Source: Candidatus Multivoradales bacterium (GTDB taxonomy: Bacteria; Acidobacteriota; Thermoanaerobaculia; Multivoradales; J023). Taken from it: a stretch of DNA of 64,000 nucleotides. Both the position numbers and the translations under genes were made by a program. Below, in pieces: positions 27,856 to 36,833 of the stretch. A model generated the notes under the pieces. It saw only the letters and a program-made list of their open reading frames with translations. It ran no database searches and had not been told where the DNA came from. The stretch covers positions 480,001 through 544,000 of the forward strand of contig CBDFLE010000005.1 in NCBI GenBank assembly GCA_965248925.1, read 5' to 3'. Position 1 is the stretch's first letter. Each line of letters starts with the position of its first letter.

Positions 27856-30800
27856 TTACTGCGGGTGCGGCGGCAGGCGCGGTGCCTGGTGAGTGGCCGG
27901 CGAAGGCGTGACCGAGAGCAAGTTGCCCTGACTTCTTTCAAAAAGATCTCTATTTTTCCTCGAGCGGCGGACCGAGTTCCTGCTTGAGGACGGTGACCTA
28001 TTGGCCGCAGTCCAGGCCTGCGATGCGAAATGATCTGTCGGTCCTGCTTCACTCTCCGAGTCGTGAGCTGCGAACCAGCCGTAGATCGCCGGCAGCACCA
28101 GCAGGGTCAGCAGGGTCGAAGTCACCAGGCCGCCGATCACTACGGTGGCCAGCGGTCGTTGCACTTCGGCGCCAGCACTGGTGGCCAGAGCCATGGGGAT
28201 GAAGCCGAAGGAAGCGACCATCGCCGTCATCAGTACCGGTCGCAAGCGGGTCAAGGCGCCTTGCCGTGCTGCCTCATCGGCGCTAAGGCCATGATTGCGT
28301 TTCTCGACCACGTAGGAAATCAGCACCACGCCATTTAGGACGGCGACACCGAAGAGGGCGATAAAGCCGACTCCGGCCGAGATCGAGAAGGGGTAGCCAC
28401 GCAGCAGGAGCGCGACCAATCCGCCGCTGATCGCCAGCGGAACGTTGAAGAAAATCAGGGTGGCCAGTCGGGCCGAGCCGAAAGTGGTGTAGAGCAGCAC
28501 GAAGATCAGCACAAGGGCCAGAGGAACCAGCAAGGCTAGCCGCGCCGAGGCTGCTTGCAAGTTTTCGAACTGTCCACCCCATTCTATCGTCCACCCCGGT
28601 GGCACCTCGACTTGCCGCTCCACTGCTGCTTGCGCTGCCGCCGCGAAGGAAGCAAGGTCGCGTCCGCGAACGTTCGCCTCGACATTGATCCGCCGGCTGA
28701 TGCGATCGCGGCTGATCTGCGCCGGACCATCCTCGATGCGAATATCAGTGAGCTGGGCTAGGGGGATCAGCCGTTGAGGAGAGCCCGGCGCAGCTGGGGC
28801 GGCGACTCGCAGGGTGCGGAGACGATCCAGGTCGGCTAGCACCTCGGGGCTGAAGCGGACTTGCAAGACGAAGCGTTTTTGACCCTCCAGCACGACGCCG
28901 AGCTGCTTGCCGCCGAGGGTCTCCACCACGTCGAGCACGTCCGCGGCGTTGATGCCATGGCGGGCGATGGCTTGGCGGTCGACTCGGATCCGCAACATCG
29001 GTAAGCCCAGGGTCTGCTCTGCTTTGACGTCGGCGGCTCCGGGAATCTCTTGCAGCACCCGCGCCACGGCATCGGCTTTCTCTTTCAACAGCGCCAGATC
29101 GTCGCCGTAGATGTGGACGGCGATGTCGGAACGAACTCCTGAGATGAGTTCGGAGACGCGCAGCTCGATGGGCTGGGAGTAACTGAAGATGGCGCCGGTG
29201 ACGTTCTTTTGTAGGGCTTGGTCGATGGCTTCGATCAGCGCCTCTTTGGTGTCGTAGCGCCAGGTTTCTCGGGGTGCCAGCATCAGGTAGGTGTCGCTGA
29301 TCTCCACGCCCATGGGGTCGGTGGCGATCTCCGCCCGCCCGGTGCGCGAGATTACCGTCTCGATCTCGGGAAATTGCTCTTTCAAGACCTTTTCAGCCAC
29401 CGTTGAGATCTCATTCGACTGCTCGAGAGAAATCGATGGCAGGCGCCAGATCTGCACTGCGATAGCCCCTTCGTCGAGGCGCGGAATGAACTCCGCGCCA
29501 AGGAAAGGGGCAATAGCCAGGCTGGCCAAGAACAACCCCACGGCAACGCCGACGGTGACTTTCTTGTGCCGCATGGAGTGGCCCAGCAGCGGCAGGTAGA
29601 GACGCTTGGCAAGGCGGAAGAGGAAGGCCTCTTCTTCCGCCACCCGCTGTAGCAGCAAGCTTGCCAGCACCGGCATCAAGGTCAGGGCGCAGACCAGCGA
29701 CGCCGCCAGGGCGAAGACCACGGTCATTGCCATCGGCCCGAACATCTTGCCCTCGATGCCGCGCAGCGCCAGGATCGGCAGATAGACGATCATGATGATG
29801 CCGACCGCGAAAACCACCGGCCTGGCGACTTGATGGGCCGCTTGGCGAACTTTTTCGCGATGCGGTGTGCGGTGATCTTGGCGGCGTTCGCGCAACACTC
29901 GGGAGATGTTCTCGATCATCACCACCGAGCCATCGACGATCAGGCCAAAGTCGATCGCCCCCAAGCTCATCAGATTGCCGGAAATGCCGGCCTGACGCAT
30001 GGCGATGAAGGCCGCCAGCATCGACAGCGGGATGGCCAAGGAGACGATCAATCCGCCTCGCAGACTGCCCAGCAAGAGGAGCAAGACTAGGATCACCAAA
30101 AGGCCGCCTTCGCCGAGGTTTTTGGCCACCGTCTTGATCGTCCGCCGCACCAGCTCGGTGCGGTCGTAGAAGGGGTCGATGCTAACGCCGACCGGTAGGG
30201 TCTTCTCAAGCTGGGCGATCTTCTCCTTCACCTGATCGACCACCACCCGCGAGTTCTCACCGATCAGCATCATGACGACACCGACCACCGCCTCGCCGCG
30301 GCCGTCTCGGGTCACGGCTCCTTGGCGGATCATCGGCGCCAGCTCGGCGCGACCGACATCGCGCACGAACACCGGTGTGCCCTTCTCGTCCTGGGCCAAG
30401 ACCACGGATTCGAGGTCTTCTAGGGTCTCTATCAAACCCTCGCCGCGGATCAGGTATTGCTCGCCACCGTGGGAGATATAGCCGCCGCCGACATTGCGAT
30501 TGTTGGCTTCGATGGCCGAGAAGACGTCCCCGACCGCCAAGCCATAGGACACTAAGCGATCCGGATCAAGGGTTATCTGATAGGTCTTCAGCTGGCCGCC
30601 GAAGGAATTTACTTCAACGATGCCGGGTACCGAGCGCAGCTGGTAGTTGACAAACCAATCGAGGATGGTGCGGAGCTGCATCGGGGTGTAGCAGTCGTCG
30701 GCCGGCGGCACGCCAGCCTGGACCACGTCGCCGGGCTGGGTAGGGGCGCACATGGTCTCACCTCGGACCTCGAATTGATAGATCTCGCCAAGACCAGTGG

Positions 30801-31200
30801 AGATGGGGCCCATTTCGGGCTTGCCATATCCGGCGGGGATCTGCTCGCGGGCGGCGGTCAAGCGCTCAGCCACGAGCTGGCGGGCCCAGTAGATGTCGGT
30901 GCCTTCGTCGAAGACCACCGTCACCACCGACAGACCGAATTTCGACACCGAGCGAATCTCCTCGATCTTGGGTAGTCCGCTCATCGTGGTCTCGACCGGA
31001 AAGGAGATGAAGCGCTCGACTTCCTCCGGCGCTAGGCCCGGACTGTTGGTCAGCACCTGCACTTGGACGTTAGTGACGTCTGGCACCGCGTCGATAGGCA
31101 GCCTGATGAGGGAATGTACGCCCAAAGCTGCTACCAGCAACCACAGAACCAAGACTAGAAAGCGGTTGTCGAGCGAGAAGTCGATCAGCTTGTTGATCAT
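27856..31200 (-). CDS. czcA: CzcA-type divalent-metal RND efflux pump
   Basis: LPIDAVPDVTNVQVQV, GPISTGLGEIYQF, GNLMSLGAIDFGLIVDG, GAEFIPRLDEG, ATDPMG, LRPVLMTA, GAEVQRPLATVVIGG. Confidence 0.94.
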   Translation of the reverse strand: MINKLIDFSLDNRFLVLVLWLLVAALGVHSLIRLPIDAVPDVTNVQVQVLTNSPGLAPEEVERFISFPVETTMSGLPKIEEIRSVSKFGLSVVTVVFDEGTDIYWARQLVAERLTAAREQIPAGYGKPEMGPISTGLGEIYQFEVRGETMCAPTQPGDVVQAGVPPADDCYTPMQLRTILDWFVNYQLRSVPGIVEVNSFGGQLKTYQITLDPDRLVSYGLAVGDVFSAIEANNRNVGGGYISHGGEQYLIRGEGLIETLEDLESVVLAQDEKGTPVFVRDVGRAELAPMIRQGAVTRDGRGEAVVGVVMMLIGENSRVVVDQVKEKIAQLEKTLPVGVSIDPFYDRTELVRRTIKTVAKNLGEGGLLVILVLLLLLGSLRGGLIVSLAIPLSMLAAFIAMRQAGISGNLMSLGAIDFGLIVDGSVVMIENISRVLRERRQDHRTPHREKVRQAAHQVARPVVFAVGIIMIVYLPILALRGIEGKMFGPMAMTVVFALAASLVCALTLMPVLASLLLQRVAEEEAFLFRLAKRLYLPLLGHSMRHKKVTVGVAVGLFLASLAIAPFLGAEFIPRLDEGAIAVQIWRLPSISLEQSNEISTVAEKVLKEQFPEIETVISRTGRAEIATDPMGVEISDTYLMLAPRETWRYDTKEALIEAIDQALQKNVTGAIFSYSQPIELRVSELISGVRSDIAVHIYGDDLALLKEKADAVARVLQEIPGAADVKAEQTLGLPMLRIRVDRQAIARHGINAADVLDVVETLGGKQLGVVLEGQKRFVLQVRFSPEVLADLDRLRTLRVAAPAAPGSPQRLIPLAQLTDIRIEDGPAQISRDRISRRINVEANVRGRDLASFAAAAQAAVERQVEVPPGWTIEWGGQFENLQAASARLALLVPLALVLIFVLLYTTFGSARLATLIFFNVPLAISGGLVALLLRGYPFSISAGVGFIALFGVAVLNGVVLISYVVEKRNHGLSADEAARQGALTRLRPVLMTAMVASFGFIPMALATSAGAEVQRPLATVVIGGLVTSTLLTLLVLPAIYGWFAAHDSESEAGPTDHFASQAWTAANRSPSSSRNSVRRSRKNRDLFERSQGNLLSVTPSPATHQAPRLPPHPQ

Positions 31201-31212
31201 AGTTGCCGCTCC

Positions 31213-32475
31213 CTAGTGGTCGTGACCGCCGACCAAGGACTCCTTGGCCGCCGCGGATTTGAGCAAGAACGCACCTTCGACCACCACCGAGTCACCTTTC
31301 TGGACCCCGGTTTCGGTGGCCCCCGGCAAGATCTCGACAAAGCCTCCTGCGTGACGGCCAGTCCGAATCTGGCGCTTCTCGAAACGGTGCTCCGCAATGG
31401 CGACGAAGACGAAGAATTGGTTGCCGGCTCGCACCACCGCGCTCTCCGGCAGCGCCAGGCTAGCGGCCCGTAGCCCACTGCCATTGCCCGCGTGGGGGTC
31501 GATGAGATCGACCTCGACGAACATTCCGGGGCGCAGCTTGCCCGCCGGGTTGCTGACCTCCAGGCGGGCTCGAACGGTGCGGGTGTCAGTGTCGACTTGG
31601 GCGCTGAGATAGGAGACCTTGCCGGCGAAGACTTCATTCGGAAAAGCATCGACCCGTGCCCGCGCGTGGTCGTCCACATGCACTCCACCAAGATCTCGTT
31701 GATAAATATCGATCCAGATCCACACCCGGCTGAGATCGGCGAGGGTGAAAAGATTGCGCTCCGGGGTTACCAATTCGCCGATGGTGGCGTGGCGTTCGAC
31801 GATGGTGCCGGCGAAGGGTGCTCGCAGCGGGTAGATCGACGCCTCGCGATCGTCGTATGTCAAAGCGTCTACCTGCTGTTGGCTGAGGCCGTAGAGATGC
31901 AGCGTCTCTTCGGTGGTGCGCAGTCCAGCGGTCGCTTCTCGCAGCTTTGCTTCGGCCTCCAGCATGCTCTGTTCGGAGGCGATGCGGTCGACGAACAAGC
32001 TCTCGGCGCGAGCGAAAGTCCTGCGGGCCAGCTCCTCCTTCGCTTTGGTTTGAAGAAAGGCCGCCTTGGCCTGGCCCAACTCTATCGAGTCGACCTCAGC
32101 CAGCCGCTGACCGGCGTCGACGTGCTGGCGGAGGACCACGTTGACTCGATGCACCCGACCGGAAATTCGTGGGCTTACGTGGGCCAGGCGAGTTTGGTCG
32201 AAGTCCACTTGCCCAGTGGTCGAAAGCTGGGTGCCAAGGACACGGAGCTGAACCGGCGCGGTGCGGAGGTCGATGCGAGCAGCAGCTTCGGCGGATAGTT
32301 CGACGACCCCCGCCGCGGGTTCCTCGGGGTGGACGTAGCCGTCAGCCGGAGCAGCCCCCTTGCTATCTCCTGGGTGGGTCTGCTCCGAGCCTGTTTCAGG
32401 ACGGCCGCAAGCCGCCGTGACGATCAGTAGAGCGAGAGTCGCGACGATCAATGAGTGATTTTCCTGGAGATTCAC
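31213..32475 (-). CDS. czcB: CzcB-type RND periplasmic adaptor (lipoprotein)
   Basis: TAA-C lipobox, AHVSPRISGRV, LRAPFAGTIVER, LADLSRVW, LRPGMF, ends GGHDH. SD GAGG before GTG 32475. Confidence 0.9.
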   Translation of the reverse strand: MNLQENHSLIVATLALLIVTAACGRPETGSEQTHPGDSKGAAPADGYVHPEEPAAGVVELSAEAAARIDLRTAPVQLRVLGTQLSTTGQVDFDQTRLAHVSPRISGRVHRVNVVLRQHVDAGQRLAEVDSIELGQAKAAFLQTKAKEELARRTFARAESLFVDRIASEQSMLEAEAKLREATAGLRTTEETLHLYGLSQQQVDALTYDDREASIYPLRAPFAGTIVERHATIGELVTPERNLFTLADLSRVWIWIDIYQRDLGGVHVDDHARARVDAFPNEVFAGKVSYLSAQVDTDTRTVRARLEVSNPAGKLRPGMFVEVDLIDPHAGNGSGLRAASLALPESAVVRAGNQFFVFVAIAEHRFEKRQIRTGRHAGGFVEILPGATETGVQKGDSVVVEGAFLLKSAAAKESLVGGHDH

Positions 32476-32635
32476 GGCAGCACCTCGGCATTTCTAAATA
32501 TTGCACAGCCTTAATTCTTGTCAGACAAGCGTCTACCGGGAAGATCCAGCGATCGCCCGGTCTCATCCCGCGTCCGGCCGGACCTTGCGGCCGGCGCCAC
32601 GAGACGCACCTCACCTATCGATTCCGGGACTCGGT

Positions 32636-32968
32636 TCAGACTTGAGGAGGGCGATCAATGCCCGGCCAGAAGCTGGGCGGCTTTAGGGCTGGAGCCAGTG
32701 CTGCTGCGAAAATGGAGCTTTCGAGAACCACCGTGGGTGGGCTCTGTGGGCCGAGAAAGACCAGATTTTGGTGACAGCCGCAGAGGTGAAAGGTCCCATT
32801 GCAGCCGTGCTCAGGGCCGTTCGGCTGGTGGTGATCTCCATCGGCTGCCGCATGCGCCAGATGGCCGGCAGTGGCGAGGTGAAAGGCGCTCTCCATGACC
32901 TCGGCCGCACCTGGCATTATCGCCAGAGCCAAGATGAGAGCACAGAATCTGCAGCGCCAGGAATTCAT
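32636..32968 (-). CDS. Secreted His/Cys-rich leader protein ending in an RPP motif (CzcI/DUF2946-like)
   Basis: From ATG 32968: hydrophobic N-terminus FCALILALAIMPGAA, then HLATAGHLAH...DHH...EHGC.GTFHLCGCH, ending PGIDRPPQV*. TATACT (32983-32978) lies 9 nt upstream. Confidence 0.75.
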   Translation of the reverse strand: MNSWRCRFCALILALAIMPGAAEVMESAFHLATAGHLAHAAADGDHHQPNGPEHGCNGTFHLCGCHQNLVFLGPQSPPTVVLESSIFAAALAPALKPPSFWPGIDRPPQV

Positions 32969-33012
32969 GAGGGCCAGAGTATACGTTACGGAGCACGGCT
33001 GGGAGAGAAGCG

Positions 33013-33720
33013 TTAGCCCGGCGGTTCCATCGTCGGACCTTGTTCGCTGTCCGAGGACCTGAGGTGTTGATAGATCGCCGCGCCGATCAATGCACCCGAG
33101 ATCGGGCCCAGCCAGTAAAGCCAATGATCCTGCCAAGTTGCCGACAGCAAGGCGGGGCCGAAGGAGCGCGCCGGGTTCATCGAGGCACCGCTGATCGGTC
33201 CACCCCACAGCGCGCCGAGGGCCACCACCGAACCGATGGTGATCGCCGCCAACTCGCCGACCGCGCGGGTATCGGTGGCCACCGCCGTGATGCTGAACAT
33301 CAAGGTGGCAGTCAGCAGTGTTTCGAGAGCTAGAGATTGAAGCGATGAGCCCGTTGGCACGGTCGCGCCGAGTGCCGCCTGGTCACCAAAGAGCCCGAGC
33401 AAGACCGCCGCCCCAAGGCTCGCACCAAGCAGCTGCGCCGCTATGTAGGCAGGCACCTCACGTAGCGGAAAGTGGCGAATGGTGGCGAAGGCGAGGGTCA
33501 CCGCGGGATTCAGGTGAGCGCCGGAGATGTGTCCGGTGACCGCCACCATGACGGTGATCACCAGGCCAAACGCCAGCGCGACGCCGAGATGCCCCAGGGC
33601 GCCGGTCTGGGATTGGACGACGATGGCGCCACAGCCAGCGGTGACCAAGGCAAAAGTGCCCAACGCCTCGGCAAATAGCCGATGCCGGAGGAAAGTTCCG
33701 CCGCGGTTCCCAGCGCTCAC
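33013..33720 (-). CDS. MIP/aquaporin family channel (probable arsenite channel)
   Basis: AEALGTF, ISGAHLNPAVT, SGASMNPARSFGPA, HWLYWLGP. GTGA overlap with arsR. Confidence 0.92.
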   Translation of the reverse strand: MSAGNRGGTFLRHRLFAEALGTFALVTAGCGAIVVQSQTGALGHLGVALAFGLVITVMVAVTGHISGAHLNPAVTLAFATIRHFPLREVPAYIAAQLLGASLGAAVLLGLFGDQAALGATVPTGSSLQSLALETLLTATLMFSITAVATDTRAVGELAAITIGSVVALGALWGGPISGASMNPARSFGPALLSATWQDHWLYWLGPISGALIGAAIYQHLRSSDSEQGPTMEPPG

Positions 33721-34043
33721 AGAGCCGCCGTCAGAACCTTGAGGCGTTCTATCGTCCGCTCCGCTAGGCAGTAGCAAACCCGCGGGGCCTCGACCTCGCC
33801 TCGCACCAGTCCGGCTTGCTTCAGGGTCCGCAAATGCTGCGAGACGGTCGATTGAGCGAGGGGAATGTGAAGCACGATCTCGCCACAGAGGCAACTACCT
33901 CGCCGCGCCAGCAAGCGCAGGATTCGCAAGCGAACGGGATGCCCCAGGGCCTTGAATAGCTCAGCCAGCTCCACATCTGCCGCGTCCCCCTCGAGGGGGC
34001 GAGTGTCAGTTTCCGGCGGGCAGGTACAGCTTTCATCGCTCAT
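33717..34043 (-). CDS. arsR: ArsR/SmtB family metalloregulator
   Basis: N-terminal CTC, FKALGHPVRLRIL, SCLCGEIV, LAQSTVSQHLR.LK.AGLV, RVCYC. Confidence 0.92.
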   Translation of the reverse strand: MSDESCTCPPETDTRPLEGDAADVELAELFKALGHPVRLRILRLLARRGSCLCGEIVLHIPLAQSTVSQHLRTLKQAGLVRGEVEAPRVCYCLAERTIERLKVLTAAL

Positions 34044-34081
34044 CGTAGATGTACGATAAAGGCTGTAGAACCGGCTGTCAA
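34042..34081 (-). promoter_or_regulatory. arsR promoter with a palindromic operator
   Basis: TTGACA (34081-34076), 17-nt spacer, TATCGT (34058-34053). Perfect inverted repeat ATCGTA-N4-TACGAT (34042-34057) overlaps the -10 and the start codon. Confidence 0.8.
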
Positions 34082-34192
34082 TCCACGCTCTCCAAGGAAG
34101 CAGGGCGTTAAGAGCCCGATCGTGTTGTCCAGTCGATTGAAGAAACTGGCTCAATGTCGAGCAAGCCCCGCCCCGCGGAGGGCGCCGCTAAC

Positions 34193-36748
34193 TCAACCAC
34201 GAGGGCCGCGGTCTTTGGTTTTCCACGAATCCTGCACTGCGGTCCAGTCTTTGATCTGGGAGGGCATGCGCTCGCCTTCTTTGGGCAGGTAGTAGGCTTC
34301 TTGCTGGTACCACGGCAGGAGCATGATGCGCTGCCATTGCTCGCTGTAGGCGCGTTCGGGTTCGGTGCCTTCGACGAAGATCTCTTTTCGTTTGGCTTCT
34401 GCCTCGGGGCTCCAGCGCAGGCCAGTGGCTGGTTCGATTTCTACCTCGACCAGGCCCGGTGGGCGGCGGAAAGTCTCGCCGCTGCCTAGCCAGCCGTCTT
34501 CGAGACCGCGCTCGATTAGTAGTTTCCAGATCGGTAGGGCGGCGGCGGCACCGGTCATGCCGCGGCCGATAGAGCTGTTCTTGTCGTAACCCACCCAAGA
34601 GACGATGGTGTAGCGCGGGGTGAAGCCTGCGAACCAGGCGTCGGAGTAGCGGTCGGTGGTGCCGGTCTTGCCCCCTAAATCAATATCAAAGTTGGCCAGA
34701 GCATGGCCGGTGCCGTGGTCGACCACCCCTTTGAGCATGCGGGTAAGTACGTAGGCTACTTCCGGCTCCATCGCTTTCTGCGCTTGGGGTGGATGTTCTT
34801 CGATCACTCGGCCGTCACGACTGAGAATGCGCTCGATCAAGTAGGGCTCGACGAAGACTCCGTGATTGACGATGGCGGCGTAGGCGGCGGCCAACTCTAG
34901 CGGCGTCAAGTCGGCGGCTCCCAAGGCCAAACTGGGGTAAGGAGGCAGGTTGGATTGCATGCCGCAGCGGCGGGCGAAGTCGACCACTTGCTGGGCGCCG
35001 ACCAGGTCGAGCAATTTGACCGCTGAGACGTTGACCGATCTCTCGAGCGCGCGCCGCAAGGTGATGATGCCGTGGTATTTGCGCTTGTTGTTGCGTGGGC
35101 TGTAGGAGTCGTCCTCAGTGGCGCCAGGAAAGAGCACCGGGCCGTCGAAGATGGTGTCGGCGGCAGTGAAGCCGTTTTCGAGGGCGGCGCCGTAGACGAA
35201 GGGTTTGAAGGCCGAGCCGACTTGCCTCCGGGCCTGGGTGGCGCGGTTGAATTCGTTGCGCTGGTAGTCCCAACCGCCGATCATCGCTCGCACCGCGCCA
35301 GTGGCCGACTCCAGCACCACCACGGCCGCTTCGAGTTCGGGTTCCTGGGTCAGCATCAGTCGCAGCGGCAGCTCTTCGTCTGCTTGCGGTGAAAAATAAA
35401 ACCAGGCGACATCGGCGGGTTTCAAGAGGTCTTTCGGCCGTTTCTTGCGCGTCCATCGGAACCCTTTGGGGATGAGTTCGAAGACCTTTCCGGCGATCTT
35501 CACCTGGGCGGTTTTGGCACCGCTGGTGAGCACGATGCCTCGGTACCAGTGGCCAGGGATGAGTTCCTCGTCGCTTTTCCAAGAAGGGAGCGCCAGATCT
35601 TCGATGGCCTCCTCACCAGGTTCGAGATGGTCGATCGGGCCGCGCCAGCCTTTGCGCTGGTCTAGCTTCTGCAAGCCTTGACGCACGGCATATTCGGCGG
35701 CTCTTTGAATACCACGGTCGAGGGTGGTCTGCACCTCTAGACCGCGGTCATAGAGTATGTCGGTGCCGTAGGTCTTGGCCAGGTAGCGGCGGATTTCTTC
35801 GGCGTAATAGGGGCCGATCTGCCTTTCCCGCTGGCGTTGGGCGGTCAAGATGGGCTGGATGATCGCCTCTTGGTACTGCTGGGAGTCGATGTAGCCTTCG
35901 TCGAGCATCCGCTTGAGAACTACGTTGCGGCGCTTCTTGGTCCGTTCTTTGTTGTTGTAGGGGCTGTGGCTGGCCGGCCGCTGGGGGATACCGGCCAAGG
36001 TGGCGGCTTCGGCCAATGTCAGATCGGCCACGGTCTTGTTGAAATAAGCTTGAGCCGCCGCTTCGACACTGTAGTTACCGTGGCCGTAGTTGATCAGGTT
36101 GACGTACATGGTGAGGATCTGCTGCTTGCTGAACTGCTTTTCCAGATGCACGGCGGTGAAAGACTCTTCGATCTTGCGTTTCCAGGTCCGCTCACGGGTG
36201 TAGAACAACTCGCGGGCTAATTGCATGGTGATCGTCGAGGCGCCTTCGGTGCGCTTGCCGGTGATGTAGTTCTTGAGTAGCGCCCGGGCGACGCCCTTGA
36301 GGTCGATGCCGCCGTGGCGGTAGAAGTTGGCGTCTTCGACCGCCACCGTAGCGTCGTGCAGCAGCGGTGGAATCTCACCTTCTTTTAGCAGAATGCGGTT
36401 CTCCCGCGAATAGCTGCGGAAGGTCTGGCCGCCGCGGTCTTGCAGGTGAGTCACCAGTTTGGGGACAAAGTCCTCCAACGCCTTGTCGATCTCCGGCATG
36501 TGGATCGAGGCGGCGACGCCGATGCCGGTGGCGGTCGCCGCAACGACGGTCAACAGGGGCAGGCCCAGCCAGCGCAGCAAGTAGCGACGACGACGCGGCT
36601 CAGGAGCAGGAGGCTCAAGGCCGTGGCGTGGTCCGCGGTCAGCTTGCGCGGCGGGAGCATTGGCGCTCTGGCCGTGGTCCAGCCGCGCCTGGTCGATCGG
36701 CTGGTCTTTGTTGGCGGGCGATCCCTCTGGCTCTGGCTTTCCATCCAT
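34193..36748 (-). CDS. Class A penicillin-binding protein (PBP1A family)
   Basis: Transglycosylase motifs EDANFYRHGGID, GASTITMQLAR, RKIEE; transpeptidase motifs SAFK, SVN, KTGT. Start at ATG 36748 (MDGKP), 6 nt after TATAAT. Confidence 0.94.
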   Translation of the reverse strand: MDGKPEPEGSPANKDQPIDQARLDHGQSANAPAAQADRGPRHGLEPPAPEPRRRRYLLRWLGLPLLTVVAATATGIGVAASIHMPEIDKALEDFVPKLVTHLQDRGGQTFRSYSRENRILLKEGEIPPLLHDATVAVEDANFYRHGGIDLKGVARALLKNYITGKRTEGASTITMQLARELFYTRERTWKRKIEESFTAVHLEKQFSKQQILTMYVNLINYGHGNYSVEAAAQAYFNKTVADLTLAEAATLAGIPQRPASHSPYNNKERTKKRRNVVLKRMLDEGYIDSQQYQEAIIQPILTAQRQRERQIGPYYAEEIRRYLAKTYGTDILYDRGLEVQTTLDRGIQRAAEYAVRQGLQKLDQRKGWRGPIDHLEPGEEAIEDLALPSWKSDEELIPGHWYRGIVLTSGAKTAQVKIAGKVFELIPKGFRWTRKKRPKDLLKPADVAWFYFSPQADEELPLRLMLTQEPELEAAVVVLESATGAVRAMIGGWDYQRNEFNRATQARRQVGSAFKPFVYGAALENGFTAADTIFDGPVLFPGATEDDSYSPRNNKRKYHGIITLRRALERSVNVSAVKLLDLVGAQQVVDFARRCGMQSNLPPYPSLALGAADLTPLELAAAYAAIVNHGVFVEPYLIERILSRDGRVIEEHPPQAQKAMEPEVAYVLTRMLKGVVDHGTGHALANFDIDLGGKTGTTDRYSDAWFAGFTPRYTIVSWVGYDKNSSIGRGMTGAAAALPIWKLLIERGLEDGWLGSGETFRRPPGLVEVEIEPATGLRWSPEAEAKRKEIFVEGTEPERAYSEQWQRIMLLPWYQQEAYYLPKEGERMPSQIKDWTAVQDSWKTKDRGPRG

Positions 36749-36833
36749 GGACTGATTATAAGCAGTGGATTGTGTCGATGCCGAGGCAGGGGCAGAGCAT
36801 TTCGCCGCCGAGACCGCTCGGTCCCCCTGGTTG

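Noticed and set aside
32969-33208. N-terminal extension of the czc leader ORF (and of the aquaporin to 33894 and ArsR to 34154)
   Set aside because: These extensions overlap neighbouring genes or promoters; internal starts fit signal peptide, coupling and promoter positions.
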